From Burkholderiales bacterium (GTDB lineage Bacteria; Pseudomonadota; Gammaproteobacteria; Burkholderiales; SHXO01), in NCBI GenBank assembly GCA_046160525.1, contig JBJXGQ010000160.1, positions 9,096 to 73,095 on the forward strand: 64,000 bases of DNA, given 5' to 3'. The translations under genes were made by a program, and so were the position numbers. The first letter of the stretch is position 1. Each line of letters starts with the position of its first letter. The notes beneath the pieces were generated by a model that had not been told where the DNA came from, made no database searches, and worked only from the letters and a program-made list of their open reading frames with translations. This document shows, in pieces, positions 37,425-47,952 of this stretch.

Positions 37425-39323
37425 TTAGCTTTTGTCGAAGCGGTCCTTATTGATCGTGACCTTAGCCTTCGATCTTAGGCTTTGCACGCGTGCAGCTTGG
37501 GCTTCCCTGGCCGCCATGGAGGCCACCTGCTTGGCCAAGGCCGTATCGGCTTCCACGCTCGTGGCGGCGGATTCCTCTACCTTGCTCACGCGGAAAAGCA
37601 CATAACGCCCATCCGCCCCGCCAAATCCCGCGTAGGCGGGTAGCTTCGACACGTCAGCCTGAAAAACCAATTGCGCGGCTTCCGGCGAGAGCCCTTGGGG
37701 TTTCTCCCGTGAAATGGTTTGGCCGGCAGACCACTGTAGTGAGAGGGATTCGCCTTTCTTCAAGCGCGCCAGTTTTTCTTCTCCGTCCTTCTTCGCCAAC
37801 TCCGCCGCGTTCCTGGCCTTGAGTTGCTCCACGATGATTTCCTTGACCACATCGTAGGGCTGCCGCGCGGGCGGTATATGCTCCACGATTCTCGCCGACA
37901 CGAGGGTACTGGGCGCCACCTCCACGGCCTCGGTATTACGCTTGCTCTTGACCGCATCCTCGGAAAAGATGGCCTTGAGCAATTTCTCGTTGTTCAACAC
38001 GGGGATTTCCGCACGGTCCCGTGTTATCCATCCACTTTGATCGATAGCCAGCTTGAGGGTTTCGGAAGCGGTCTTAAGACTATCGGACTGTTCGTAGACC
38101 AGCGTACTGAGTTGCTCGGCCTTTTCGGCGAACTCCCGGTTCGCCACGTTCTTCTTTACTTCCTCCTCAATCTGCGCACGCACCTCCTCCAAAGGCTGGC
38201 GTTTACCCGCGTTGATTTCTTCCAAGCGAATGACGTGGTATCCGTACTGGGTTTCCACGGGCCCCACAACATCCCCAGCCTTCATGGCGAACACAGCTTC
38301 ATCGAATGGCTTGGCCATGCGCCCCTTCGCGAAAAAACCCAGATCGCCCCCTTCCGTCGCCGAGCCGGGGTCCTGCGAATTTTTCTTGGCTAACTCCGCG
38401 AAATTAACGCCGTCCTTCTTCGCCTCTGCAAGCAACGCCGCCGCCTGGGACTTGGCTTTAGTTCTAACCTCGTCGCTAGCCTTTGCATCCACGGCAAGCA
38501 GGATATGCCGTGCACGCCTTTCTTCAGGCTGTTCAAACTGGCTAGCATTATCCTGGTAGTACTTTCGAACGTCCTCGTCCTTGACCGCCACTTGTTTTTG
38601 CATCGCCTCCAAGGACAGCACGACATACTCCACGCGCGCTCGTTCCGGCAAGGTATAAGCCGTGGGATTCTTATCGTAGTATTGCTTGGCTTCATCATCC
38701 GCCAGTTTCGCCTGCGCCAGGAAACTCACGGGGGAGACGATTACTTGGCTCACTTCGCGCTGCTGCCCGCGTATCTTGGCAAGACGCTCGGTGATCGCCT
38801 TGGGCAAGAAACCGGTGGCTGCGACCGATTCCCGCACTTGAGAAATGAGAGCATCCCTACGCAAATCCGCCTCGAATGAACTGGGCTCCAAGCCTCTCGT
38901 TTGCAGCAATAACTCGTAGCGCTCCTTGGAGAATTTTCCCGTCACATCGTCCTTGAAGGCGGGAATTTGCTGAATCAGATCGCGAAGCTGTAAATCCGAC
39001 ACGCCCAATCTCGCGTTGGCCGCGCTTGCCAGCAGTAGCCTTTGCTCGACCAGTTGTTCCACTACTTGGTTCTTGATTTCCGGGCCATTCAGAATCTCGG
39101 AGTTCGCCTTGCCCTGCATCATCTGCCGCACTTGATCTTGGCGGTCGCGCAACGCGCGGCCGAACTCGCCAGGAGTAATGGCATCGCCGCCCACGACAGC
39201 CACATGATCGCCTTGATTCACACCTCGAGAGTAGAAGTCGATGCCGAAGAACGCGAACGGCAGCATGATCAGGGCGATAACGAACTGAACGATTCGTTTT
39301 CGGTTTGCGACAAAATCAAACAT
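37425..39323 (-). CDS. ppiD: Periplasmic chaperone / peptidyl-prolyl isomerase PpiD
   Basis: Start at ATG 39323; MFDFVANRKRIVQFVIALIMLPFAFFG is an N-terminal anchor. A parvulin domain (RHILLAV...GGDLGFFAKGRMAKPFDEAVF...GYHVIRL) is present, and the gene has the canonical position after hupB. Confidence 0.9.
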   Translation of the reverse strand: MFDFVANRKRIVQFVIALIMLPFAFFGIDFYSRGVNQGDHVAVVGGDAITPGEFGRALRDRQDQVRQMMQGKANSEILNGPEIKNQVVEQLVEQRLLLASAANARLGVSDLQLRDLIQQIPAFKDDVTGKFSKERYELLLQTRGLEPSSFEADLRRDALISQVRESVAATGFLPKAITERLAKIRGQQREVSQVIVSPVSFLAQAKLADDEAKQYYDKNPTAYTLPERARVEYVVLSLEAMQKQVAVKDEDVRKYYQDNASQFEQPEERRARHILLAVDAKASDEVRTKAKSQAAALLAEAKKDGVNFAELAKKNSQDPGSATEGGDLGFFAKGRMAKPFDEAVFAMKAGDVVGPVETQYGYHVIRLEEINAGKRQPLEEVRAQIEEEVKKNVANREFAEKAEQLSTLVYEQSDSLKTASETLKLAIDQSGWITRDRAEIPVLNNEKLLKAIFSEDAVKSKRNTEAVEVAPSTLVSARIVEHIPPARQPYDVVKEIIVEQLKARNAAELAKKDGEEKLARLKKGESLSLQWSAGQTISREKPQGLSPEAAQLVFQADVSKLPAYAGFGGADGRYVLFRVSKVEESAATSVEADTALAKQVASMAAREAQAARVQSLRSKAKVTINKDRFDKS

Positions 39324-39390
39324 CGAACCGGTCCTTTCCCCCGCGGGGCGTGTGAGATAAAAACAGGTGGCTTGCGCTACACAGCCCCTA

Positions 39391-39420
39391 AACAAAAAAG
39401 GCGAACTTGCGTTCGCCTTT
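39391..39420 (-). terminator. Rho-independent terminator after tRNA-Asp
   Basis: Perfect 10-bp stem AAAGGCGAAC / GTTCGCCTTT (39397-39420) with loop TTGC. On the minus strand the stem's own terminal UUU is followed by UUUGUUU, giving a long U-rich tail. Confidence 0.75.
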
Positions 39421-39431
39421 CTTGTGATGCT

Positions 39432-39508
39432 TGGCGGAGTGGACGGGACTCGAACCCGCGACCCCCGGCGTGACAGGCCGGTATTCTAACCGACTGAACT
39501 ACCACTCC
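39432..39508 (-). tRNA. tRNA-Asp (GTC)
   Basis: Reverse complement is GGAGTGGTAGTTCAGTCGGTTAGAATACCGGCCTGTCACGCCGGGGGTCGCGGGTTCGAGTCCCGTCCACTCCGCCA. The full cloverleaf folds, the anticodon loop is CTGTCAC, and CCA is encoded. It is near-identical in pattern to E. coli tRNA-Asp. Confidence 0.95.
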
Positions 39509-39521
39509 CTATCAGTTCTGC

Positions 39522-39597
39522 TGGTGGGTGCTGAGAGGCTCGAACTCCCGACATTCGCCTTGTAAGGGCGACGCTCTACCAACTGAGCTAAGCACCC
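39522..39597 (-). tRNA. tRNA-Val (TAC)
   Basis: Reverse complement is GGGTGCTTAGCTCAGTTGGTAGAGCGTCGCCCTTACAAGGCGAATGTCGGGAGTTCGAGCCTCTCAGCACCCACCA. All four stems pair and the anticodon is TAC. Confidence 0.95.
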
Positions 39598-39649
39598 TGG
39601 ATTTGCCTCAACAACTCGTCCTGAGTGCATACACCGAACTGAAGATCCA

Positions 39650-39922
39650 TCAGTTTACAGCGTCCTTCAACGCTTTTCCAGCCCTGAACTTCACAACCTT
39701 CGCGGCCTTGATCTTGATAGCAGCGCCCGTTTGAGGATTGCGGCCTGCACGCGCGGCGCGTTTACCCACATGAAAGGTTCCGAATCCCACGAGCGTAACC
39801 ATTCCGCCCTTCTTCAAGGACTGCCTTATGGAACCGATGGCGGCATCCAACGCCCTACCTGCTGCCGCCTTGGAAATATCGGCTTGTTTCGCGATCGCTT
39901 CTATCAGATCTTGTTTATTCAT
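39650..39922 (-). CDS. hupB: DNA-binding protein HU-beta
   Basis: 90 aa. [27 protein letters not shown]...[21 protein letters not shown] is the canonical HU sequence. It lies downstream of lon. Confidence 0.95.
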   Translation of the reverse strand: MNKQDLIEAIAKQADISKAAAGRALDAAIGSIRQSLKKGGMVTLVGFGTFHVGKRAARAGRNPQTGAAIKIKAAKVVKFRAGKALKDAVN

Positions 39923-40055
39923 GTGCGTCCCCTTTCGTTATAAGTTAGTTAGATTAGCTGTGTCACCGTCAATCGTGCTAGTCCAATTCCCAAACCCTCT
40001 CCCCGTACCGCAAATGGAGCGCCCCGTCGGATTCCCTCATAGGCGGCAGCGCGGT

Positions 40056-40085
40056 TTTATATCAAGTGGCAAAAGAGTGTGTCAA
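40056..40085 (-). promoter_or_regulatory. Candidate sigma70 promoter for hupB
   Basis: Minus-strand reading is TTGACA (40085..40080), an 18-nt spacer, then TATAAA (40061..40056). This implies a 5' UTR of about 125 nt. Confidence 0.5.
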
Positions 40086-40102
40086 GCGAAACGCGGAAAG
40101 GA

Positions 40103-40165
40103 GTAGCCGCCTCGCGCAGCCAGTCGCCTGGCTGAGACATCACACCGTCATGATGTCCCGGCTAC
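40103..40165 (-). other. Y-shaped (three-way junction) RNA structure candidate immediately 3' of lon
   Basis: Minus-strand reading has outer stem GTAGCCG / CGGCTAC enclosing hairpin GACATCA-N8-TGATGTC and hairpin CAGCCAG-GCGA-CTGGCTG. All three stems are perfect 7-bp. It is followed by the pyrimidine-rich UCCUUUCC and starts 10 nt after the lon stop. Confidence 0.35.
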
Positions 40166-40174
40166 TGCCTTGGA

Positions 40175-42583
40175 TCAATGCTTGAACGCAGGGGTGGGAT
40201 TCTCAACGGGAGCGGGCGGTAAGGCCACCGGTTCTTTTTTCTCCGGCAGAGGCACCGGCTTTCGCTCCAGAGCGAGTTCTAGAACCTGGTCGAACCACTT
40301 GACTGGATGAATATCCAGGCGGTTCTTGATGTTTTCCGGAATCTCCACCAAATCCTTGGTGTTCTCCTGCGGGATGAGGACCACTTTTATTCCGCCGCGA
40401 TGAGCCGCAAGCAGCTTTTCCTTCAGTCCGCCGATGGGTAACACCTCGCCGCGCAGTGTGATTTCTCCCGTCATCGCGACATCAGCCCGAACGGGAATGC
40501 CGGTGAGCACGGACACCATGGCGGTACATATGCCGATTCCGGCGCTCGGCCCGTCTTTCGGTGTCGCGCCTTCGGGAAGGTGAATGTGGATATCGTTCTT
40601 CTGGTAGAAGTCCTCGGCAATCCCTAACCGCTCCGAACGGCTTCTCACGACCGTCATGGCCGCCTGAATAGACTCTTGCATCACTTCACCGAGCTTTCCG
40701 GTGGAGACCACCTTGCCCTTGCCGGGCATTACCGCGCTCTCGATGGTAAGCAGTTCTCCACCCACCTCGGTCCAAGCCAAGCCCGTGACCTGCCCGATCT
40801 GGTTATTCTTCTCGGCTATGCCATATGAGTAGCGGCGCACGCCCAAATAGGACTCGAGGTTCTTCGCCGACACGGCCGTCTTGCGCTGGCGCTTCCGCAT
40901 GATGAGCGCCTTCACTACCTTGCGGCAGATCTTGGACAAATCCCTTTCGAGGGCGCGCACACCCGCCTCCCGGGTATGGTAGCGAATGATGTCGCGAACG
41001 GCACTCTCGGAAATGGAAATTTCCTCGGGTTTCAGCCCGTGGTTTTTCAACTGTTTAGGAATCAGATGCCGAAGGGCGATATTCACCTTCTCGTCTTCCG
41101 TATACCCCGAAAGACGGATGACCTCCATGCGGTCGAGCAGCGCTGGCGGAATATTCATGGTGTTGGCAGTCGCCACGAACATCACGTCGGACAAGTCGTA
41201 CTCCACCTCCACATAGTGGTCCACGAAGGTGCTGTTTTGCTCGGGATCTAGAACTTCCAGCAATGCCGAGGATGGATCTCCCCGAAAATCCATGCCCATC
41301 TTATCCACTTCGTCAAGAAGGAATAGGGGGTTGCGCACACTCACTTTGGACAAGTTCTGCAAGATCTTGCCGGGCATGGACCCAATGTACGTACGGCGGT
41401 GACCCCGGATCTCCGCCTCATCGCGCACGCCGCCCAGGGACATCCGGCTAAATTTCCTGTTGGTCGCACGTGCGATGGATTGGCCAAGCGAAGTCTTACC
41501 TACTCCGGGCGGACCCACCAGGCATAGGATCGGCGCCTTCACCTTATCGACTCTTTGCTGGACCGCCAGGTACTCGACGATTCGTTCCTTGACTTTCTCC
41601 AGCCCGTAATGGTCTTCGTCGAGAATGCGTTCCGCATGGGATAGATCCGAATTGATCTTGCTCTTCTTTTTCCACGGCAAGCCAATCAGGGTTTCAATGT
41701 AATTTCTCACCACGGTCGCTTCCGCGGACATGGGAGACATGAGTTTGAGTTTCTTCAACTCCGACTCCGCCTTTAGCCGGGCTTCCTTGGGCATGTGAGC
41801 GGTGCGGATGCGTTTTTCCATTTCCTCCAAGTCCGCGCCTTCCTCAAGATCACCCAATTCCTTCTGAATGGCCTTGACTTGCTCATTGAGGTAATACTCG
41901 CGCTGGCTCTTTTCCATCTGTTTCTTGACACGCCCGCGGATGCGCTTCTCGACTTGAAGAATGTCGAGTTCGGTCTCCATCAACGACAGCAAATGCTCCA
42001 AACGATGGCGCACGTCGAGCATTTCGAGGACTTGTTGTTTCTGATCCAACTTCAAAGGAAGATGCGCCGCGACCGTATCCCCGAGACGCCCCGCTTCGTC
42101 GATGCTGGCGAGGGACGTCAGGATTTCGGGCGGAATCTTCTTGTTGAGTTTTACGTACTGGTCGAACTGCGCAATCATCGCACGGCGCATCGCTTCGAGT
42201 TCCGTGCCCTCTCCTATGGAACCATGTACGGGAACCGCCTCGGCGGCGTAATGGGTACGTAGATCATGCACAAGACGCACTCTGGCTCGTTGCACGCCCT
42301 CCACCAATACTTTCACCGTGCCATCGGGTAGCTTGAGCATCTGCAGGATGTTGGAGATGGTACCCGTGGAATATAGGTCTTCCTCGGAGGGCTCGTCCTT
42401 CGCGGCGGACTTCTGGGCAACGAGCAGGATGCTCTTGCCAGCTTCCATGGCGGTCTCAAGCGCCTTGATGGACTTCGGCCGGCCCACGAACAGGGGGATG
42501 ACCATGTGCGGGAACACCACCACATCCCGTAAAGGAAGAAGAGGGAGCGTGACCGCATCCGAATAGGATTCTTGGTTAGACAT
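40175..42583 (-). CDS. lon: ATP-dependent Lon protease
   Basis: 802 aa. [23 protein letters not shown], Walker [10 protein letters not shown] and catalytic PKDGPSAG are present. Confidence 0.98.
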   Translation of the reverse strand: MSNQESYSDAVTLPLLPLRDVVVFPHMVIPLFVGRPKSIKALETAMEAGKSILLVAQKSAAKDEPSEEDLYSTGTISNILQMLKLPDGTVKVLVEGVQRARVRLVHDLRTHYAAEAVPVHGSIGEGTELEAMRRAMIAQFDQYVKLNKKIPPEILTSLASIDEAGRLGDTVAAHLPLKLDQKQQVLEMLDVRHRLEHLLSLMETELDILQVEKRIRGRVKKQMEKSQREYYLNEQVKAIQKELGDLEEGADLEEMEKRIRTAHMPKEARLKAESELKKLKLMSPMSAEATVVRNYIETLIGLPWKKKSKINSDLSHAERILDEDHYGLEKVKERIVEYLAVQQRVDKVKAPILCLVGPPGVGKTSLGQSIARATNRKFSRMSLGGVRDEAEIRGHRRTYIGSMPGKILQNLSKVSVRNPLFLLDEVDKMGMDFRGDPSSALLEVLDPEQNSTFVDHYVEVEYDLSDVMFVATANTMNIPPALLDRMEVIRLSGYTEDEKVNIALRHLIPKQLKNHGLKPEEISISESAVRDIIRYHTREAGVRALERDLSKICRKVVKALIMRKRQRKTAVSAKNLESYLGVRRYSYGIAEKNNQIGQVTGLAWTEVGGELLTIESAVMPGKGKVVSTGKLGEVMQESIQAAMTVVRSRSERLGIAEDFYQKNDIHIHLPEGATPKDGPSAGIGICTAMVSVLTGIPVRADVAMTGEITLRGEVLPIGGLKEKLLAAHRGGIKVVLIPQENTKDLVEIPENIKNRLDIHPVKWFDQVLELALERKPVPLPEKKEPVALPPAPVENPTPAFKH

Positions 42584-42678
42584 TCACTTTCACCTGGTTA
42601 GGCCAGCATCGGCCTGGTTGTAATTGGGGAGGAATATCGGTATTGCAATGCTGGGGTCGTGCCCTGCAAGGGCGCCCG

Positions 42679-43944
42679 TCAAGCGGAGCCCGCGACCTTG
42701 GGCTGGTCAGCATAGATTAATAATGGCTTTACATCGCTGACAATAGTACCTTCGTCGATCACGGCCTTCCTGACGTTCTTGGAGGAAGGTAAATCGAACA
42801 TGGTGTCAAGCAGAGAATGTTCGAGAATGGACCGAAGCCCGCGCGCACCGGTCTTGCGAGCCAGGGCTTTACGGGCAATGGCTTTCAGTGCCTCGGTGCG
42901 CACTTCCAACTCGACACCTTCCATGGCGAAAAGTTTCTGAAATTGTTTGAGCAAAGCGTTCTTGGGTTCAGTCAAGATTTGAATCAAGGCTTCTTCATCC
43001 AACTCATCAAGAGTGGCCACCACGGGTAGCCGCCCCACGAACTCGGGGATGAGCCCATACTTGATGAGATCCTCCGGCTCCACGTCCTTCAGCACGATGC
43101 CGATATCCTTACGGCTATCCTTGCTGCGAACTTGTGCCCCGAATCCGATCCCGCCTTTGTCCGAGCGGTTGCGGATGATGCGGTCCAAGCCATCGAAGGC
43201 CCCCCCGCACACAAAAAGGATGTTGGTGGTGTCCACCTGCACGAATTCTTGGTTGGGGTGCTTACGCCCGCCTTGGGGCGGAACGGACGCGATGGTCCCT
43301 TCAATGAGCTTGAGCAAGGCTTGTTGCACGCCCTCTCCGGACACGTCCCGGGTAATAGACGGGTTTTCGGATTTTCGGGAAATCTTGTCGATCTCATCGA
43401 TGTAGACAATGCCTCTTTGCGCTTTCTCCACATCGTAGTCGCACTTTTGAAGCAACTTCTGGATGATATTCTCGACGTCTTCTCCAACGTAGCCGGCCTC
43501 GGTCAAAGTCGTGGCGTCCGCCATGACAAAGGGAACGTTCAGCAGGCGCGCCAGGGTTTGAGCCAGCAATGTCTTACCGGAGCCCGTGGGCCCGATGAGC
43601 AGAATGTTGCTCTTGGAAAGTTCGATTTCGTCTTTCTTGCCAAGATTCTTCAAGCGCTTGTAATGGTTGTAGACCGCTACAGAAAGAATCTTCTTGGCGT
43701 GGGCCTGGCCGATCACATACTGGTCGAGAATATTCTGAATTTCTTGTGGGACTGGCAAATCCGACTTGCCCGCCTTCGCCGTCGTGTCGCTTTGGCTCTC
43801 TTCGCGGATGATATCGTTGCAAAGCTCGATACATTCGTCGCAAATGAACACCGATGGGCCCGCGATCAACTTGCGAACTTCGTGCTGGCTCTTTCCGCAA
43901 AAAGAGCAATAAAGTAATTTTTCCGACCCCGGCTTCTCAGACAT
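42679..43944 (-). CDS. clpX: ATP-dependent Clp protease ATP-binding subunit ClpX
   Basis: 421 aa with the zinc-binding N-terminus [33 protein letters not shown] and Walker A GPTGSGKT. Confidence 0.98.
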   Translation of the reverse strand: MSEKPGSEKLLYCSFCGKSQHEVRKLIAGPSVFICDECIELCNDIIREESQSDTTAKAGKSDLPVPQEIQNILDQYVIGQAHAKKILSVAVYNHYKRLKNLGKKDEIELSKSNILLIGPTGSGKTLLAQTLARLLNVPFVMADATTLTEAGYVGEDVENIIQKLLQKCDYDVEKAQRGIVYIDEIDKISRKSENPSITRDVSGEGVQQALLKLIEGTIASVPPQGGRKHPNQEFVQVDTTNILFVCGGAFDGLDRIIRNRSDKGGIGFGAQVRSKDSRKDIGIVLKDVEPEDLIKYGLIPEFVGRLPVVATLDELDEEALIQILTEPKNALLKQFQKLFAMEGVELEVRTEALKAIARKALARKTGARGLRSILEHSLLDTMFDLPSSKNVRKAVIDEGTIVSDVKPLLIYADQPKVAGSA

Positions 43945-44014
43945 ACGCTAGGCCTCCCGGCTGTGTGTTGGTCGTATCGCGGGCAACTTCATAGGGCGAA
44001 GGCGTGCTCAATTC

Positions 44015-44644
44015 TTAGGCCGCCGCATCGCGTTGCGATAGTACTTTATCGATCAGCCCGTATTTCACCGCTTCCTCGGCCGCCATGAAATTGTCCCGGT
44101 CCGTGTCTTTCTCTATGCTCTTGATATCCTGCCCCGTATGGGACGCCAGTATCTCATTAAGCCGTTGGCGCAGATAGAGTATTTCTCGGGCGTGAATCTC
44201 GATATCGGAGGCCTGTCCTTGGTAGCCACCCATGGGTTGGTGAATCATAACCCTTGAGTTCGGAAGGCAAAAACGCTTGTCCTTGGCCCCAGCTGCGAGG
44301 AGCAATGCACCCATGCTGGCCGCCTGCCCAATGCAAAGAGTGCTGACGCTGGGCTTGATGAATTGCATGGTGTCGTAAATCGCGAGTCCCGCGGAAACCG
44401 ATCCGCCTGGCGAGTTGATGTAGAAGAACACATCCTTGTCCGGATTCTCCGATTCCAGAAATAACAACTGGGCAACGATTAGATTCGCCGACACCTCGTT
44501 CACGGGCCCAACAAGAAAAATGACCCGCTCCTTCAACAACCTCGAGTAGATGTCATAGGCACGCTCCCCGCGCCCGCTCTGCTCGACCACCATGGGGACG
44601 AGACCCAGTCCTTGGGGCTCCTGGTACTGCCCATATTTTGTCAT
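44015..44644 (-). CDS. clpP: ATP-dependent Clp protease proteolytic subunit ClpP
   Basis: [30 protein letters not shown], active-site GQAASMGA and MIHQP are present. ATG 44644 overlaps the tig stop (TGATG). The alternative GTG 44647 is used by the track. Confidence 0.96.
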   Translation of the reverse strand: MTKYGQYQEPQGLGLVPMVVEQSGRGERAYDIYSRLLKERVIFLVGPVNEVSANLIVAQLLFLESENPDKDVFFYINSPGGSVSAGLAIYDTMQFIKPSVSTLCIGQAASMGALLLAAGAKDKRFCLPNSRVMIHQPMGGYQGQASDIEIHAREILYLRQRLNEILASHTGQDIKSIEKDTDRDNFMAAEEAVKYGLIDKVLSQRDAAA

Positions 44645-45948
44645 CACGTGCGATTCCCCATCAGTTCATCGAATTCCACGGCTACATCCTCGACCTTGGC
44701 AACACTGAGTATCCATTGAACCACGTTATTTTCCAGTGCCAAGGATTCCACTTCCCTCAATCTATCGGGCGATTGGTAGTACCACTGAACCACTTCGCTC
44801 GGGTTTTCGTAGCTTTGCGCGTGCTGTGCCACCAATTCTTTCAATTGCTCGGGTTTCGCCTGTAAATCCTGCGTCCTTACCAACTCAGCAATAATCAACC
44901 CAAGGGTCACCCGGCGCCTGGCATCTGTTTCGAAGAGTTCTCGTGGCAGTTGCGTCTCCTGCTTCATGCCGCGGGACTTAAGGTTTTCCAGCATTTCGCC
45001 CACCAGCCGGTTAATTTCCATTTCCACCAAGGTCTTGGGAACCTCGATTTGCGCGCAATCATGCAATAGCCGCATGACTTGGTCCTTGACTCGCGCTTGA
45101 ATCCGCCGCTCGACCTCGCGGGTAAGGTTTGTCTTCACGTCCTCCTTCAAACGCGCCAAGTCGCCGTCCGGAATACCCAGAGCCTTGGCAAATTCCGCAT
45201 CCAAGGCAGGAAGATTGGCTTGCGCTACCTCCTTGACGTTTACGTCGAAGGACACCAGCTTGCCCGCCAGTTCCGCGGAATGGTAGTCGGCGGGGAAAGT
45301 CACATCAAAATGTTTATGATCACCCTTCTTAAGCCCTACAAGATTGTTCTCGAACTCTTCGACGTAGCGCTTCTCGCCGATGAGGGCCATATGATCCTTG
45401 CCCGTTGCCCCCGCGAAGGTTTGTCCGTCCCGCTTACCCTCGAAGTCAAGTAATACCCGGTCCCCTTTCGCCGCGGGGCGCTCCACAGGTTCGTAGGTAA
45501 CTCGCTGCTTACGCAGAACTTCGACGGTTTTGCCGATCTCGGCATCCCCAATTACCAAGGACGGCCGTTTGATGCCCGTGCTCGCCAACTCGCCGATTTT
45601 GACCTCGGGATAGATCTCGAAGATCGCGCTGTATTCGAACGTCTCATCGCCCTTGGGTTCAGCGCTAGGCTCGAAGCGCGGTAACCCCGCCACTCGTAAA
45701 TTCTTTTGGCGAACGGCCTCCCCGAAGGTTTTTTGCAAGATGTCGCCCAAGACTTCCTGGCGAATTTGCCCGCCGTACTGCTGCTGTACGAGTTTGTAGG
45801 GAACCTTGCCGGGGCGAAAGCCGTGTATTTTCGCGGTGCGCGCCATACGTCGCAGCCGGCTATCGACCTCGCTGTTGACATCTTGCATGGGGAGCGACAC
45901 TTTGAGACGCCGTTCCAGGGTGCTGATAGTTTCAAGTGTTGCTTGCAT
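44644..45948 (-). CDS. tig: Trigger factor
   Basis: 434 aa. [20 protein letters not shown] and GFRPGKVP are the trigger-factor signature. It lies upstream of clpP-clpX-lon. Confidence 0.96.
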   Translation of the reverse strand: MQATLETISTLERRLKVSLPMQDVNSEVDSRLRRMARTAKIHGFRPGKVPYKLVQQQYGGQIRQEVLGDILQKTFGEAVRQKNLRVAGLPRFEPSAEPKGDETFEYSAIFEIYPEVKIGELASTGIKRPSLVIGDAEIGKTVEVLRKQRVTYEPVERPAAKGDRVLLDFEGKRDGQTFAGATGKDHMALIGEKRYVEEFENNLVGLKKGDHKHFDVTFPADYHSAELAGKLVSFDVNVKEVAQANLPALDAEFAKALGIPDGDLARLKEDVKTNLTREVERRIQARVKDQVMRLLHDCAQIEVPKTLVEMEINRLVGEMLENLKSRGMKQETQLPRELFETDARRRVTLGLIIAELVRTQDLQAKPEQLKELVAQHAQSYENPSEVVQWYYQSPDRLREVESLALENNVVQWILSVAKVEDVAVEFDELMGNRT

Positions 45949-46064
45949 TGCTGTTCCTTACCGTTCCGGGACCACTGTCCCCTTATCATTTTCCATTGCC
46001 TGAAGAGCGCGCATCACGAAAAGAGCAGCCCTACCTCGAGGACGATGACCAGACAAAACGCCGT

Positions 46065-46149
46065 TGGTGCGAAAGGAGAGACTCGAACTCTCACGCCTTT
46101 CGGCGCCAGAACCTAAATCTGGTGCGTCTACCAATTTCGCCACTTTCGC
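46065..46149 (-). tRNA. tRNA-Leu (TAG)
   Basis: Reverse complement is GCGAAAGTGGCGAAATTGGTAGACGCACCAGATTTAGGTTCTGGCGCCGAAAGGCGTGAGAGTTCGAGTCTCTCCTTTCGCACCA. It is 85 nt with a long variable arm and the anticodon loop TTTAGGT. Confidence 0.93.
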
Positions 46150-46277
46150 CCAAAACCGATTCTAATATAATGCGTTGCGACACTGCCACCGCACGCTCAA
46201 GGCTTCCCAGAGCGCAACGCGGACCATAATTCCCTGTCATCTGAGTGGCTTGAGAAAATAAAGCGGATATTCGAGCG

Positions 46278-47105
46278 GTGTTCACTAGCGCCAATCATTA
46301 CGAAAATTTCCCAGTCGCATCGGTCTTATTGCCCGCAAGGCTGCGTTTTCCTGTTCAAGCGATATACCGCTTTGCGCGTTCGGCCGACGATATTGCCGAC
46401 GAAGGCGATGCGGATGCACCTACACGGCTTGCACAGCTTGCACAATACCGCGATGAGTTGGCGAATCTATCGCAAGCAATAGGATCCAGTGGCATCTTTG
46501 GTGATTTGGCCCGGGCGGTCGCCCAGCACAAGCTACCCCTGCAGCTCTTCTACGATCTTCTAGACGCCTTCGCCCAGGACGTTAGGCAAAAACGCTATGC
46601 CAGTTTTTTAGATGTCATGGACTATTGCCGCCGCTCCGCAAATCCCATTGGGCGGTTACTCCTGCACCTGTTCGGAAGAACGCAACCCCATTTACTGGAG
46701 TGCTCGGATCGCATTTGCTCCAGCCTCCAACTCATCAACTTTCTGCAAGACGTGGCGATCGATTACCGCAAGGACCGTATCTACCTTCCCATGGATGAAA
46801 TCGCCCGCTTTGGCGTGTCCGAGCACCAGATCGCCAGTGCCAGTGTTGCAGGTGGCTGGCCTAGCCTGATGCATTATCAGATTGCCCGGGCACGCGCCAT
46901 GTTGAATGGCGGTGCAAGTCTTGGCCACGAGTTACCAGGCAGAATGGGCCTTGAGTTGCGCATGATCGTGGCCGGAGGCAGGCGCATATTGGACAAATTG
47001 GAAGCGGTCAATGGCGACATATTCAAGCACCGCCCAGTTCTCAAAGCATGGGACTGGCCCATCATGTTTCTTCGTGCCGCACTCCCGTTTCGATCCCAGT
47101 CATGA
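46278..47105 (+). CDS. hpnC: Hydroxysqualene synthase HpnC (squalene/phytoene synthase family)
   Basis: GTG start. HYENFPVAS, RFARSADDIADEG and FLQDVAIDYRKDRIYLP are present. It is the first of three consecutive hpnC/D/E-type genes. Confidence 0.88.
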   Translation: MFTSANHYENFPVASVLLPARLRFPVQAIYRFARSADDIADEGDADAPTRLAQLAQYRDELANLSQAIGSSGIFGDLARAVAQHKLPLQLFYDLLDAFAQDVRQKRYASFLDVMDYCRRSANPIGRLLLHLFGRTQPHLLECSDRICSSLQLINFLQDVAIDYRKDRIYLPMDEIARFGVSEHQIASASVAGGWPSLMHYQIARARAMLNGGASLGHELPGRMGLELRMIVAGGRRILDKLEAVNGDIFKHRPVLKAWDWPIMFLRAALPFRSQS

Positions 47106-47938
47106 CCCCGGACCAGTACTGCAAAAACCGCGTTCTGCGCAGCGGATCGAGTTTTTACTACAGCTTTCTTTTCCTACCCAAGGAGCAGCGCCGGGCCATA
47201 CACGCTCTTTACGCCTTTTGCCGGGAAGTCGATGATGTGGTCGATGAATGCCCTGACCCGGGCATCGCGCGCGCGAAGCTTCAATGGTGGCGGAGCGAAG
47301 TCGGCAATATGCTGCAGGGGAATCCGCAACACCCGGTCTCGAAGGCCCTGCTACCTGCCATTACCAACTTCAAACTGCCCTCCGCGTACTTTTTCGAGAT
47401 CATCGAGGGCATGCAAATGGATCTCGACTATAACCGTTATCCCGATTTCGCAACCCTGGAACTGTATTGTTACCGCGTGGCGGGCGTGGTTGGCCTGCTT
47501 GCCGCCGAGATCTTCGGGTATGAGAACCTCAGGACGCGCGAATTCGCCCGCCAGTTGGGAATTGCCCTACAACTCACCAATATCATTCGCGACGTACGGG
47601 AGGACATTGGGCGCAACCGGGTCTACATTCCCTTAAAGGACTTGGAGCATTTCGGCGTTCCGGTGGATGACATCGTGCTCTACCGCGAAACCGATGCCTT
47701 TAAGAACTTAATCTCACACCAGATCACGCGCGCCATCGCCCACTACGACCGTGCGGAGTCGAGCCTTCCCGCCCAGGACCGCCGGTCCCAGCGCGCCAGT
47801 CTCATCATGGGCAACATCTATCGCACCTTGCTCAGAGAAATTCAGCAAGGCGGATGTAACGTGCTAAGCGAGCGCACGGCACTCACCCCCTTGAGAAAAT
47901 TCTGGATTGCCTGGAAGACCTGGGCCACCTCCACATAG
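47102..47938 (+). CDS. hpnD: Presqualene diphosphate synthase HpnD (squalene/phytoene synthase family)
   Basis: ATG 47102 overlaps the hpnC stop (ATGA). SGSSFYYSFLFLP, YAFCREVDDVVDE and NIIRDVREDIGRNRVYIP are present. Confidence 0.88.
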   Translation: MTPDQYCKNRVLRSGSSFYYSFLFLPKEQRRAIHALYAFCREVDDVVDECPDPGIARAKLQWWRSEVGNMLQGNPQHPVSKALLPAITNFKLPSAYFFEIIEGMQMDLDYNRYPDFATLELYCYRVAGVVGLLAAEIFGYENLRTREFARQLGIALQLTNIIRDVREDIGRNRVYIPLKDLEHFGVPVDDIVLYRETDAFKNLISHQITRAIAHYDRAESSLPAQDRRSQRASLIMGNIYRTLLREIQQGGCNVLSERTALTPLRKFWIAWKTWATST

Positions 47939-47952
47939 GGCGTCCCCGCGAC

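Noticed and set aside
39432-39597. tRNA-Asp/tRNA-Val as an integration hotspot or mobile-element boundary.
   Set aside because: The flanks are the universally conserved hupB and ppiD genes, with a clean terminator, and there is no direct repeat of the tRNA ends.
42584-42678. A sigma32 heat-shock promoter upstream of lon.
   Set aside because: On the lon strand, CTTGCA and CCCCAGCAT resemble the -35 and -10 elements but are only about 8 nt apart, whereas 13-15 nt is required. The GC hairpin here more likely ends clpX transcription.
40175-45948. Lon/ClpXP proteases as part of a defence or toxin-antitoxin-associated system.
   Set aside because: The order tig-clpP-clpX-lon-hupB-ppiD is the canonical housekeeping synteny of proteobacteria. 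All the proteins are full-length with standard motifs.
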